From assembly GCA_012295275.1 (NCBI GenBank), contig CM022678.1, forward strand, positions 682,001 to 746,000: DNA of 64,000 nt, given 5' to 3'. The notes beneath the pieces were generated by a model. It had not been told where the DNA came from. It did not search any database and was given only the letters and a program-made list of their open reading frames with translations. This document shows positions 1 through 14,307 of this stretch, piece after piece. Made by a program: the position numbers and the translations under genes. The stretch's first letter is position 1. Every line of letters begins with the position of its first letter. The stretch is from Chrysomallon squamiferum (lineage: Eukaryota > Animalia > Mollusca).

Positions 1-455
1 AATGTTACTTGCTGGTTACTGTACTAAGAATGTTACTTGATGGTTACTGTACTAAGAATGTTACTTGCTGGTTACTGTACTAAGAATGTTACTTGCTGGT
101 TTCTGTACTAAGAATGTTACTTGATGGTTACTGTACTAAGAATGTTACTTGCTGGTTACTGTACTAAGAATGTTACTTGCTGGTTACTGTACTAAGAATG
201 TTATTGATGGTTACTGTACTAAGAATGTTACTTGATGGTTACTGTACTAAGAATGTTACTTGCTGGTTACTGTACTAAGAATGTTACTTGATGGTTACTG
301 TACTAAGAATGTTACTTGATGGTTACTGTACTAAGAATGTTACTTGCTGGTTACTGTACTAAGAATGTTACTTGATGGTTACTGTACTAAGAATGTTACT
401 TGCTGGTTACTGTACTAAGAATGTTACTTGATGGTTACTGTACTAAGAATGTTAC
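1..455. repeat. 28-bp tandem minisatellite (AATGTTACTTG[C/A]TGGTTACTGTACTAAG), ~16 copies, running off the left edge
   Basis: Near-identical 28-bp units read directly, with one C/A variant position. Confidence 0.95.
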
Positions 456-734
456 TGTGAAAGCGAGAGGATGTTTATGGGTTTCTACAGATTTTCTTCG
501 TCTCGTTTCGTCTACTGAGCTGCTGTATAGGTTTAAAAAAAAAACATTTACTTGTTGAGTAAGAACACGAACTTGTAAGATGATATTAACAACACGACTG
601 TTCTGTCTCGGTTGTCTGCCCTTTGAACCTGTCACACAAACCCGATCCGTCTTAATCCTACCGTGACTCACTTAAAACCAAGAAACACGGATGTACACTT
701 AGTGTACTGCTCAGTAATAGTAGTAGTAATATTA

Positions 735-794
735 AACAACAACAACAACAACAATAATAATAACAACAACAACAACAACAACAACGATAATAAT

Positions 795-878
<84 letters not shown>

Positions 879-1115
879 AGTAATAATAATACGATAAATA
901 AAGGTTGAGAAACAAGCAAAACAAAGTAATACGAGATCAAACAGAAACAACTAAGAACAGAGAGAGAACAGAGACAGAGAGAGATACAGACAGAGACAGA
1001 GAGAGATACAGAGAGACAGACAGAGACAGAGAGAGACAGAGACAGAGAAAGAGAGACAGAGAGACAGAGACAGAGAGATAGAAAGAGAGAGACAAAGAGA
1101 GAGAGAGAGATAGAA

Positions 1116-1208
<93 letters not shown>
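735..1208. repeat. Compound microsatellite: (AAC)n/(AAT)n then (GA)n/(GACA)n
   Basis: Direct; explains the poly-N/L/V/SL ORFs. Confidence 0.95.
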
Positions 1209-1209
<1 letters not shown>

Positions 1210-2596
1210 GAAACAAAATATAACACCATCCTATTGTAAGTAAACATTTTTGACAACCGTATATAAAATTCTACATTCTACAAAAACGCCATCATTGCGA
1301 GTAGACATAAAACATATGTTTTACCTTTTCATCTGAACAATCCGGAAAACGCTTCATTTTGAAAATAACTTTTAGTTTTACACTCGCAGTTTATCTAGAA
1401 AGAAATCTTTTGTTTACACCTGTAACTTACAAAGAAAATGCTCTTACCTCTTTGTGAATGAAGAGAACAGCCAGGTAACTGTGTTATCAGAAGTCCTAAG
1501 ACGACACCTGTAGATAATTCAGTGTTTGTGAACTCTTCTCACAGGTAGCTGGTGTTCATTTCGACAGGTATAACGAACGGTCACGTGAGCCGCGCCAGGT
1601 AAAATTTTATCTGTTTTTCCCTAAACTCGCAAACGTTGTCCTATTTCCCCCCTCTCCTCATCAGCCCACCTAATTAGTCATACGCAAACATCTCGAAGTA
1701 ATAACCGTGTCTAATTCCCTCCCCCCTCCGTCTACTTAAAAACCAGCCTGGGGGGAGGTAGGTGTAAAAATAGATCCTTAATAAGCCTGTAGCGGGGGGA
1801 AAAAAAACATTGACAAATTCTGCTGGTCATTCATGCATGAAAAAATCTGCGCCAGTTTTGCAGGTAATAATTTACCTGTCTTCGTGTGCACCTGAGCGTG
1901 ACCAGATTAAAGGTCTTATCCGCGTTTACGTCACCCTCGTGTCAAAGCGAAAATACATCACGTCGAGAACACGTTAGACGGAAGTAAACATGTATTTACC
2001 CACACACGACATTACCGCATGCAACAGAGAGAGAGAAAAAAAAATACAGTTAGGAAAATTTATTCTTCAACGTAATAAACACTACTGTGACAAGATACTC
2101 TGAATCTCGTTATGTTTCGTGTTGAACAGTTTAAAACTCAGTTTGTTAATCGTTCAGATATTATAATAAGTGAGTATCATCTGTCAGGGGACGTAACTCT
2201 ACGAAATTAGGATTATAAAGCGAGTTAATAGTTTTCGCCCTTGAAGGTTTGAAGAAATTTAATAGTGTAGTTAATTGATTAATTTAGTTTTAATATAAAA
2301 CTGATGATTGTAGTTTGTTTCAGTTGCAGAAGTATAAATAAAATGAAAAGATAAACAGCATAAAAATGTTGAATAAATAACAGAAAAAAAAAAGTGGAGG
2401 AAATGACAGTGAGAGAAAGGAAAAATGAGGAAGACGGAAGATAAATAAATATAGAATAAGAAGAAAAAAAAAGAAAAACTAAAGAAAAGAAAGAAGGATA
2501 ACAAGAAGTGTAAGAAAAAATGTAGAAAAAAGAAGAGAAAAGAAGAAAAGGAATACTACTACTACTACTAATAATAATAATCAAAATAATGGTAAT

Positions 2597-2630
<34 letters not shown>

Positions 2631-2854
2631 ATAGTAGTAGAAGTAGCAGCAGTCATAATAATAATAATAAGAAGAAGAAACAGAGACGAAGAAGAAAAGA
2701 AAGTAACATACATTCTTATTTACATTAACGAATTTATACTTTACTTCTTCAGTAACAGACTTTTTTCTACACACTGGCGATTTAGTGTGTACTTTGTATC
2801 ACATAAAATATTATTTTACATCGCCGTTAAAAAAGAAAATGTGAACACAAAGTG

Positions 2855-2941
<87 letters not shown>

Positions 2942-3220
2942 ACAAAGTATTCAGATCTGGGTTGAGCAGAAGATGTGTTTAACGGAAAACGAACCCGGAT
3001 CTCTAAGATCGGGAAGCGGAAGGCGTGGAATGGATTGTTTTGTTTGAAAATATTTAAAGTCTTTCTTCTTCGTATCAAGCATTTAGTATTACTGTTCTCA
3101 TCATCGATGTCTGTAAGTATGTGTGTTTGTCATATACATAAAAATAAATAAATAAATAAATAAACAGAGTAATAGATAAGAAATGTATTGAATATTTAAT
3201 AGTTTGTTTATTTATTGTTT

Positions 3221-3268
<48 letters not shown>

Positions 3269-3825
3269 CTATATATGACTAATTTCTATTTATAGAATTA
3301 CTGTTGTATAGTGAGGTCATCTTTTTCCCACCATAAAATTTACGTCTGTTTTGGAAATTTCAGCTTCGTGTTAATTTCTTTTCTTTCATTCTCTTCTTTG
3401 TCTATTTTGTATTTATTTAATTTATTTATTTAGTTTTTTTTTTTTTTTTTAATTCAGTATTTAGTATATGATAGGATTGTCAGATATTTGATTTAATTCG
3501 AGAAAATTTCAAAAGAGATGTTTTAGTTGTATTAGTTATTTTTGTTAATAAACACGTTCTGTACGCACTGTTAATATGTGTGTGACAAGACAACTGTAAT
3601 ACGTTGTGAGTTAATATAACTGAAGCGCGGTCATATCCAGGTTCTTGGCAGGGTAAAGTGGGGGGGGGAGGAATTGCCAAGGCAATGGCGACAACCAGAA
3701 ATTTAAATAAAGAATGTCAACGTCTGTAACATTAAGAAATATATCTTAATGTTTGTGTGTGTCTGTTTGTCACTCTGTCTATTTCTCACTGTCTCTCTCC
3801 GTGTCTTTCTCTGTATATCTCTTTC

Positions 3826-3883
<58 letters not shown>

Positions 3884-4079
3884 CAAATAGAAAATGAAGT
3901 CTTGTAATACACGGAGTTACTTTAAACATTACACAAATATTACAAGGTGTAAAATTCTGTTTCTTTGGCCATCCCAGCTACATCTGCACCTAACAAGCAT
4001 CCATTTTAGTTTCCATTAGTGTAAGTGAATTGCAAAACGTCCATTTTGATCAGAAATCCTCTTCCTCTTCCAGACACTT

Positions 4080-4389
4080 CTTTTACGCAGCAGACGACAT
4101 TTCGGGAGTCAGAAAGCGCGTGCTCGAATGCAACTGTTCACGTCTGTTCCCATGGAGGCACGCGCGCGTTGAGAGCAACTGTCAAATCAGATGCAGTCGG
4201 CCGTCAACACCAGCCTGGTTACTGCAGACAGAAGCGAGTCGCTGATTGGCTGAACAGCGCTGTGCGGACTGGAACTCCGTCGTGACGTTTCGCAGAAATT
4301 CGTTTGATGTCGGAGGAGAAAGATATGCTAGTCGTTCAGTGACGAATGAGGACTGTGAATAGAACGTGCGCATCACGTCTGACGTAAGT
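4080..4389 (+). promoter_or_regulatory. CpG-rich patch with inverted CCAAT (ATTGG) ending in a strong donor (GAC|GTAAGT at 4384): candidate promoter or non-coding first exon of GPCR-1
   Basis: Local CpG enrichment, ATTGG near 4246, GTAAGT donor; the GPCR-1 CDS is preceded by an acceptor (TTTCAG near 14251). The linkage is inference. Confidence 0.3.
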
Positions 4390-5935
4390 ACCTCTATGTT
4401 TTATTTTTAACTAGTTATACACTGTCTCACATTTTGTATGTCACGCCTCAAATATGAGTTGATATTTTCTTTTAGATTATAACATATTTATCACCTTTCT
4501 TCTTCTTTTTTCTCTTAAGTTACAAATTCTATTTATTTTGAAAGTAATAAATTATATTTCGTTTTTCTTTCAAATTCATTAATTATTTATTGTTCGTACA
4601 CAGTATTATCTATTTATAGTGGAAGTTATTAAACATATTATTACTTTGGAGTTTAATAAATTGTGTATTATAAATTTCTATATAATTATACTTCATATGA
4701 AATTACTGAGAGAGAAAGCTTCAAAGTGTTATACCAAAATAATGGCACAATTATAATTTGTTCTGCATATGAATTACATTTAGATTAATATAAGGAAAGA
4801 AAATGCAAAAGTAAATTGTACTTTGTATGTAGGAAACATGCGCGCGCATTCATACGCCTAACACACACAAAACTAAATATAACAACATAAAAATAAATAA
4901 TTAAAAATATTTACAACGTAGCTACTGCTGCAACGTTCACTTCTAGTACAACAACAGCAAATAGTGCTACTGCTGCGGCTGTTGCCACTTCTACTACTAC
5001 TACTACTATCACATCACTGCTATCACTACTATTTCTACTACTGCTACTTCAACTTCTCATTTTGCAGCTGTTTTAATATAAATACTGCTACTACGTTTAA
5101 TAGAGAAAGATCTATCACAATAAAACATACCTATTAAGATATCAGTTTTATTCAGTGAAGGTTACAATGCAGCGAGGATAAAACTGATATCTTAAAACAG
5201 TAACGAGTTGTTTGGTTTTAGTCCTACAGTCTGAACTAATACAAAAACTGAATGAAACTGTTCACTTTCTCAGTTCAGGGCTCTTACTTGGTTCACGCAT
5301 ACATATTTTGTTTTCAGCTACAAAAAACTGCATCAAAAGAAAATAGTTCTTAAATTATAACATTTACTTTTCTCTCTTTGAAAACCGTTTTCAAAGAGTT
5401 TAAGATCTAAATCAGCAGTTAAACATTTAAGAACTGTGAGTACTTTATCGGAGTAAACAGAGTTCCTTGCACAAAACTTTATAAAAATAGAAATATGTAT
5501 ATATATATATCAAATAACATCAGAATAAAACTGTGATTATGTTGTTTAATAAAACGTATACACACATTTTTATAATTACATATATACTCGTGTGTATACA
5601 AAATATTAAATAAATTAATAAATAAAGGTAATTATTTAAGATTATCTGTGTCTTAGCAAAATTTTAAAACAAACTTTTAACGCCATCACATCAGTATAAC
5701 ATCACAACATTGTGACCAGTTTGTCACTGCAGAATCAGAAATGATCTAATTGTGTTAACTAAATTATTTATAATTTAATGAAGTCAGTTGATTAAATTAG
5801 AAAAAAATGAAGTGTCACCAGAAGTCATAACACTGACGAATAATTAAATAACTTAATGAATGTACGAATGAATGAAAGGATGGAGAGATAAGTGAATTAA
5901 TGAACAAATGAATATTTAAAGCAGAATTTCCAATT

Positions 5936-5966
<31 letters not shown>

Positions 5967-6063
5967 GTAGGTCTCTCTCGTTTAATAAATAAATAAATAA
6001 ATAAATACTACTACTGCTACTACTAATAATGATGATGATGATCATAATAATAATAGTAATAGC

Positions 6064-6131
<68 letters not shown>

Positions 6132-6834
6132 CCACGGAGTTTGTGAAACCAATTAGAAGCAATTGTTGAACGAGACATTTTCAGGGGACGTAACTGCAGT
6201 GACAGATCTATCGATCTGTGACGAATGATTGAGGCGTTCTAACCACTGGTCTACTCTCACTTTGAAAACATTGTGCTTACTAATTTATGTTTTGTTTTTA
6301 GTTTTCCCAGACCCTAAATTATTCAGCCATTAACAATGTTTGGTGTCGTGTACGGCGGTGTAACATCTTTCTAAATTGTAAAACAATACCTGTCAGTGCG
6401 TCCTGCTGTCTGTCTGTCTGTCTGTTTGTTTATTAGCTCTTCTCGACTCATTATAAACTCTCAGTCGTGGGCGCCAAGCGAAACTCTTCATTACAGCGTT
6501 GAGTTAATGGCGCGATTAGGGAGCACATACCCCCGCCCCCTCCCCCGTCACGCCCCTGCCCCGCCCTGATAAACAGTTTCAGTTTTTCTTCTCATGTTCA
6601 CGTTTTTCGCGTTCTCCTTATCACGTCTGCCATACACGCGTCACGTGACTCCTTCTTATCTTCTGCTGCTGGTATCAGAATTTAAATAAATAAAAATAGT
6701 TATAAAATGTGAAAAAAAAAAAAAAAAGTGAAAAAATTAGAGAGAAAGAAATAGCTATGAATGCAAAATAATAATAATAATTATTATTATTATAACAGTG
6801 GTAGTAGTAATAACTGTAATATATTTACAACAAC

Positions 6835-6921
<87 letters not shown>

Positions 6922-7939
6922 ACCAAATCAACTGAATGACCTTGACAAGATTAGCTTTCACTGAAACGAGTCTGACAGATCGTGTGAAAACGTCGAGTAT
7001 TTCATGTTTTTGTCATGTCAGTTCTGCTTACATTTTTCTTCGCACGAGATGAAATCCAGATTGAGGCTGCACGCTTGACGGCGGACAGAACTGGCGGGAA
7101 AGCGATCGTATTTCCCAGACCACTGTTTCCAGTTTACGTCTTCTGGTGGAATTAATCTGCCGCGATCTCGGAACCAGTGGTTGAGAAAATTGTCTTCCTG
7201 TCGCTATAAATCAAGTGATAATTTGTGAAAGATTTATAATTAAAAAAAAAAAAAAAAAAAAAAAGAATCAAACATGGGCGCTTTGTGGTTAAATTACGAG
7301 TACTATAACCTCCAGGTTCTGCGATCAAATCCTAATGTTAGCATCAATACAACTGCTATAGAAGCGATACAGTTCACACATTCTGTCTTATTTCAAACTT
7401 CATATTTCCAGTTCCACCCAGAATACTATAATTTATCAAAGGTCGTGTTACGTTCTTTTCATGTAAATTAATAGTTAAAAAGAGCTGTTACTATAGCTAC
7501 GGGGGATTTACTCTGTCGTTATTCGTATAGTTCGTCAAATGACGTTAAATAACGTAAGACTAAAAATGTGTTACCTCCTCTAATCTACTAACATGCTAAC
7601 GCTGTATTACTAACAGTTTACTGAGCTGATAACTCAAAGTCATCACCCGTGCACACAATAGTTCAGCAAGCAAGCTCGTTTTAAAATGATTGATTCGCCG
7701 AATGTTGACGATTTATAACGAGAAGTAACGAAGCAAGGATAAAAGTGACAGTAATTGAAAATGTACAGCAGAGAAAGATTCCCGATTATTTCCAAAACAA
7801 ACAAACAAACAATCAATCAAACAAACAAACAAATGTTTTAGGTTAACTTCCAGCTGATGCCCATAATCAACTGCAGTCCATGCAGTTACGTCAATAAATT
7901 AAAATAAATAAATAAATAAATAAATAAATAAAAAAATAA

Positions 7940-7982
<43 letters not shown>

Positions 7983-8099
7983 GAGAAGAATTATAAATAA
8001 TAGGGTTAACAAGAGTCATTATTTTATTTTTTAGAAGTTGACAGAACATCCAATCTTATTATCCTTTAAAAATTTAAAAAAAAAAAAATTAGTACATGT

Positions 8100-8559
<460 letters not shown>

Positions 8560-9149
8560 TACGTTTTACAAACTGCAGACATGAATATTGTAATTGATAG
8601 CAGTGTAGGCTTTACCTCCCTTGACTGTCAGAGCGCCCCCTGCTGATCGTTAATGTGATTCAGATTTGAAATGCAAAGTGCAGATGTTGTGGAGGTAATT
8701 ACTTTATCTTCATAATTAGATGCACTGCTTTTTAGGCTTTTGTTCCGCCTCTGGTTGGCAAGTGTAGTTGCAGTCTACGATTCGAAAATTTTCTTTTCTT
8801 TTCTTTTTTAAAATAAATATTTATCTATTTTTGGTATATTTTTTTTTTAATTAATAATTTTATATTTCCGAGTCTCATACAGACGTCACCACTTTTCAAG
8901 TAAATTTATTCGTTATTAATATAACTGTAGACTGATAAAAGCTGTGGTAGGTGTTGTCTTGTTAAACAGAACGCGCTAGAACGTGTTGTCACTTTAACGT
9001 CACAGTGTCTCGTCTCATTGAGAAATATTCGGACATCGTCCGCAGACCAGTTTCACAGTCCATGGACTTTAGCGAGTCCACTAAAAACCCATGAATGAAA
9101 TGCCACCCAGATGTCACTGTACGACCTCGAGAAATATTAAACACGTGCA

Positions 9150-9700
9150 TATAAATAGTCGTATTAAACATAGTACATATAAATAGTATTAAACATAGTG
9201 TATATAAATAGTCGTATTAAACATAGTGTATAAAATAGTATTAAACATAGTGTATATAAATAGTATTAAACATAGTGTATATAAATAGTATTAAACATAG
9301 TGTATATAAATAGTCGTATTAAACATAGTGTATATAAATAGTATTAAACATAGTGTATATAAATAGTCGTATTAAACATAGTGTATATAAATAGTATTAA
9401 ACATAGTGTATATAAATAGTATTAAACATAGTGTATATAAACATAAACATAGTGTATATAAATAGTATTAAACATAGTGTATATAAATAGTCGTATTAAA
9501 CATAGTGTATATAAATAGTCAAAACATAGTGTATAAATATAAATAGTCATTTATTAAATTAGTTTTATTTTATTAAACATGTGTTATAAATAGTCGTTTT
9601 ATAACATAATGTATATAAATAGGACAAATTTTAAAATAGAAAAATAGGTTTATAAACATAGAAAAATAAAAACATAGTGTATATAAATAGATTAAACAAT
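9150..9700. repeat. 25/28-bp tandem minisatellite (AAATAGT[CGT]ATTAAACATAGTGTATAT), decaying at its right end
   Basis: Direct; two length variants differing by 3 bp. Confidence 0.9.
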
Positions 9701-10692
9701 GAAAATCAATTTATTTAATTTTATTTGTATGTATGTTTTATATGTACAAATTTTAAACAGAAAAAAAGGTTTATAGAAAATAAAAATGATACCAGAATCA
9801 ATATTTAATTAATTTGTATGTATGTATGTACATATGTATGTTGTTTATATGTGTGTGTATTTGTTAGTATGCAGTATTATGTCTAATTATTGTTTAACTA
9901 TTCTATTCTAATCAAAATTTTAAATAAGCTGCTATTATTATTTTAGTATTACTGCTGCAGCTACTGTTAAATAAATAAATAAATAAATAAACACAAAATT
10001 AAAGTTTATATTTTTAAAATTAATCATTATGGAAGATTATTATCTTACTTGTTTGAAACTGAACATTTTCTGGTAAACACTCAAAATAAAGACCACCTGG
10101 GTAGTTAGCCAATTATTTAACACTCGATCTTTAATTACTTCAGATTTGAAGAGTTAAAAAAACATTTTTACCGCCACATCTGTTTGTGACGTCACGTGAC
10201 AGGGATATAATTAGCAGCCGTGCGCGACGTCTGGGAAAATCTAGACTTTCTCAAATATTTTCTTTGATAAGAGTTGATTCGCGCGGAGATAAGAGGCGCC
10301 ATCTTTAATGTTTATCTTTCACCCTTGACAACAAGAAATAACTTCCATAGTCAAACCTTAGCCTCAGAGATAACTTTAATTTTCAAAACGTAATTTTCAA
10401 AATGTACTTCACTGATAACTTCGGTAATCAAAGTGCAACTTCAAGACAACTTCAGTAGTCAAAACGTAACTTCAAAGAAAACTTCAGAAGTTATAACATA
10501 ACATAAATAGCAGATTAGACATATTAGCTAGCAGTAAGGAATCTTTTACCAGCAGATTTCTTTTTTGAAATCATACGTAACGTTAGAACGGGAAAAACGT
10601 ATAAATAAACAATCAATTTAACCAGTTAGTTGTTTACAAGGACAGAATATAAGTAAACAAATTAACACATGCTCATGTTCGAATTGTGAATA

Positions 10693-10750
<58 letters not shown>

Positions 10751-10935
10751 AATGTCTGACAATTATTTCATTATCTATAACAAATAGCAGTAAGAACAAC
10801 TACTACAACTATAATAATAATACCACTACTGCTGGTACTAATTCTACTACTTCTTCTAATGCTAATACCAGAGGCACTATTACTACTACCACCACCACCA
10901 CCACCGCAACAACAACAACTAATTATAATAATAAT

Positions 10936-10986
<51 letters not shown>

Positions 10987-11618
10987 TTTCTAAATATCAT
11001 ATCATAATAAAAGAATTCCATTCTATTTCTTTTTTTGACTTTTAAACTTTTGTTTAAGATATTTTTGTTTTATTTCTTGCTTTTTTTCTTTCCTTTCTTT
11101 TTTTTTGTTATCGCATTCCATGTTACGGAGTTTTGTGTTTCGAGTTCATTGAGAAGACAAAACAGGGGAGGTCTGGATGTTTGAAAAATTTCTAAAGAGA
11201 AAAAAAAAAGAAAAAAAAAGAAAAAGAAAATAAACGATGCTGTAATTTTGTGCTGACGACGTCAACTTCACTTTTAAAGTGCACGTCTCATCTCGACGTC
11301 TTTCCTCTCCCGTTCATTTTGTTAATGTTTTCATTTAAATAGAATACACAAGAAAAGAAACAACAACAAACAAACAAACACACAAACAACAAAACAACGT
11401 AAATATTCTTAGGAACACAAACACATTCCTACACACACTCACACACACGTATATACAGAAACTCATACACATATGTACATACACATACATACATACATAC
11501 ATACATACACACATGCATACTCACATACATACATACATACACACATGCATACATACATACTCATACACATACATACACACATACATACAAATATATATAC
11601 ATACATACACACACACAC

Positions 11619-11649
<31 letters not shown>

Positions 11650-12354
11650 CATACATACATACACATATACATACAAAAAGACACAAATATGAAATATAGA
11701 AACAACACAATATCAAAGACAGACTGTAAAACAATTCTCACTTCCTGTCCAACCTGTTCATACACTCAGCAGTTACAACACATCTCCACTGTCTTCAGTT
11801 TCATGTTTCACTTTTCACGAAATGTTAGAAACAGTTTTATATTTCACTGTCTTCTCATCCGCTCTCCTCTTATCTCTTCATACAACATTATAAGGACGGA
11901 TCTAGTTACGTCCAAAATATCCAGTTCCAGACGCGGTCTCGTGATCTGTCTGTTCCTTTCAGTCTCGTGTGCACAATGCACGTGCTGAGTGTAGAGCAAA
12001 ATCTTTTCTTTGATGTTCCAAAGCTTACAACACTGAAAATAATGTTCTCCATAATTTTCCCTCTGACAATTTTCATCTCAGTTAACTGTTCCCTCCGGCG
12101 TGTGTTTAGAATTACAGGAAACATTTTTTTTATCTTCGTTAATAATCTTTATTGTTTTAGTCATTTATTTTCTCCTACAGACCAAATTATAGAAAATCCT
12201 GTTTGTGAAAATCATGTTTATGACGTTCTATTGTTTTTTACTGTTGTATGCTTTCTGATGATGATGATAATAATTAATAATAAACATTTTAATCTTATAA
12301 TAATTGTAATAATAAAAAATACATTTATTTTCAAAATATAGAGAAAAAAAAAGA

Positions 12355-12950
12355 AATTTTCTCTCAGTTCAGAAAACGTCTTACTTGCACGTTCTGGAAT
12401 ATGTTTAAAAACAAAAATTCTGCCTTTTGTTTTTTTTCTAAAAACATCGTGTGTTTGTTTATGCAGACACGTGATGAGTTAAAATTTAATTTATAATAAT
12501 TCTGAAACGACGTAAAGAATAATTAATAAAAATAATAATAATAAAATATTTTTAAATAATAAAATTGATGAAATATTAAACTAATAAATAATTGCTAATA
12601 AATAATAAATAAACAATGGTACTACTACTACTACTACTACTACTACTGCTGCTATAATAATAAAATTCGATTCGTTTGTTTAAAATTCCTTCAAGGAAAC
12701 GAACTAAAAACGCAAGGAGAAAATATTTGATAGATTTGTCTAGTTTCTCTCAGTTCAGTGGAAAACGTCTTACTTGCATTTTCTGGAGATCTTTTAAAAC
12801 ATTTTTTTTTTTTCTTTTCTCTCTCCTTTTTCTTTTTTTCTCTTCTGAAAACACACACGTGTGTTTGTTTATGCAGACACACACATCACAAAAAACTGTT
12901 AGTTAAAATTTAATTTAACAAACAGCCACCATCATGTTGAAACGATTGTA
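12355..12950. repeat. Degenerate local direct duplication (~12355-12510 vs ~12745-12950)
   Basis: Shared CTCTCAGTTCAG..AAAACGTCTTACTTGCA and GTGTGTTTGTTTATGCAGACAC..AGTTAAAATTTAATTT. Confidence 0.7.
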
Positions 12951-13099
12951 AAGAACACACTGTTAATTTCAAACAAATTAGGTCAATGTACGTAACATAT
13001 TTTTAAAATTTAAGGCATTGATGAATTTGTTTTATATTACTGTTCATAATTTACTACTACCATTGCTACTACTCCAAATACGTATATAACAACAACAAC

Positions 13100-14015
13100 T
13101 ACTATTTACCAGCTAAAGTACTACTAAATGTACTATATAACTGTTCATACATTTACCAGCGAAAGTGTTGATTCAATGTTTGTTTATCTATTCCTTCATA
13201 CATTTTTATTCATTCGTAACTAAAAACGCAAATGTACGTATATAACTGTTCATTTATTTACCAGCACACGTACACGTATTAACACACATACATTTACCAG
13301 CGAAACATAAGTCGCTATAACTGTTCATACATTTCCAGCTCTCTCTCTCTCTGTACGTATATAACTGTTCTCTCTTTCTCTGTCTCTCTCGTATATCTCT
13401 CTTCATACATTTACTCTCTCTAAATGTACGTATATAACTGTTCATACATTTACCACAAAGTGTAAGTAAATGTACATATATAACTGTTCATATTTACCAC
13501 AAAACTGATAAATGTACGTATATAACTGTTCATACAATGTGGGAAAACAGACGTATATAACTGTTCATGTTTAGGTTATTAAGTAAATGTAAATACTGTT
13601 GATTTTTACCACTGAAAGTGTAAGTAAATGTACGTATATAACTGTTCATACATTTACCAGCGAAAGTGTAAGTAAATGTACGTATATCACTGTTCATACA
13701 TTTACCAGCGAAAGTGTAAGTAAATGTACGTATATAACTGTTCATACATTTACCAGCGAAAGTGTAAGTAAATGTACGTATATAACTGTTCATACATTTA
13801 CCAGCGAAAGTGTAAGTAAATGTACGTATATAACTGTTCATACATTTACCAGCGAAAGTGTAAGTAAATGTACGTATATAACTGTTCATACATTTACCAG
13901 CGAAAGTGTAAGTAAATGTACGTATATAGCTGTTCATACATTTACCAGCGAAAGTGTAAGTAAATGTACGTATATAACTGTTCATACATTTACCAGCGAA
14001 AGTGTAAGTAAACAT
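13100..14015. repeat. 48-bp tandem minisatellite; ~8 clean copies at 13619-14012, degenerate copies upstream
   Basis: Unit TGTAAGTAAATGTACGTATATAACTGTTCATACATTTACCAGCGAAAG; gives 16-aa periodic ORFs. Confidence 0.95.
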
Positions 14016-14307
14016 GAATATATAAAACGTTTCTGTTCTTGAATCTTTAGTTCATTAATTTTAATATTCAGGTTCGAAGCATTAACACAGGCTTCTGTAT
14101 ACGGCTTCTATATATATATATGAATGTGTGTGTATATATATGTGTGTGTGTGTGTGTGTCTTTGTTACAATATAACTATATATTACCGACTCGAATAGCA
14201 GTAAGCAATAGTTTAGTAAACAACTAATATTTCCTTTATTTGAAATTTCAGACTGACAATACCGTGACGTCATCATTGCAATATCAAGGAATATACTCTC
14301 TGACGTC

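Noticed and set aside
13000-13600. Mosaic, scrambled repeat copies (also 9540-9810 and 27780-27870)
   Set aside because: Could equally be consensus or polishing noise at heterozygous repeat edges; not interpretable without reads.
13530-14042. 16-aa periodic ORFs on both strands
   Set aside because: Result of a 48-bp minisatellite that lacks stops in those frames.
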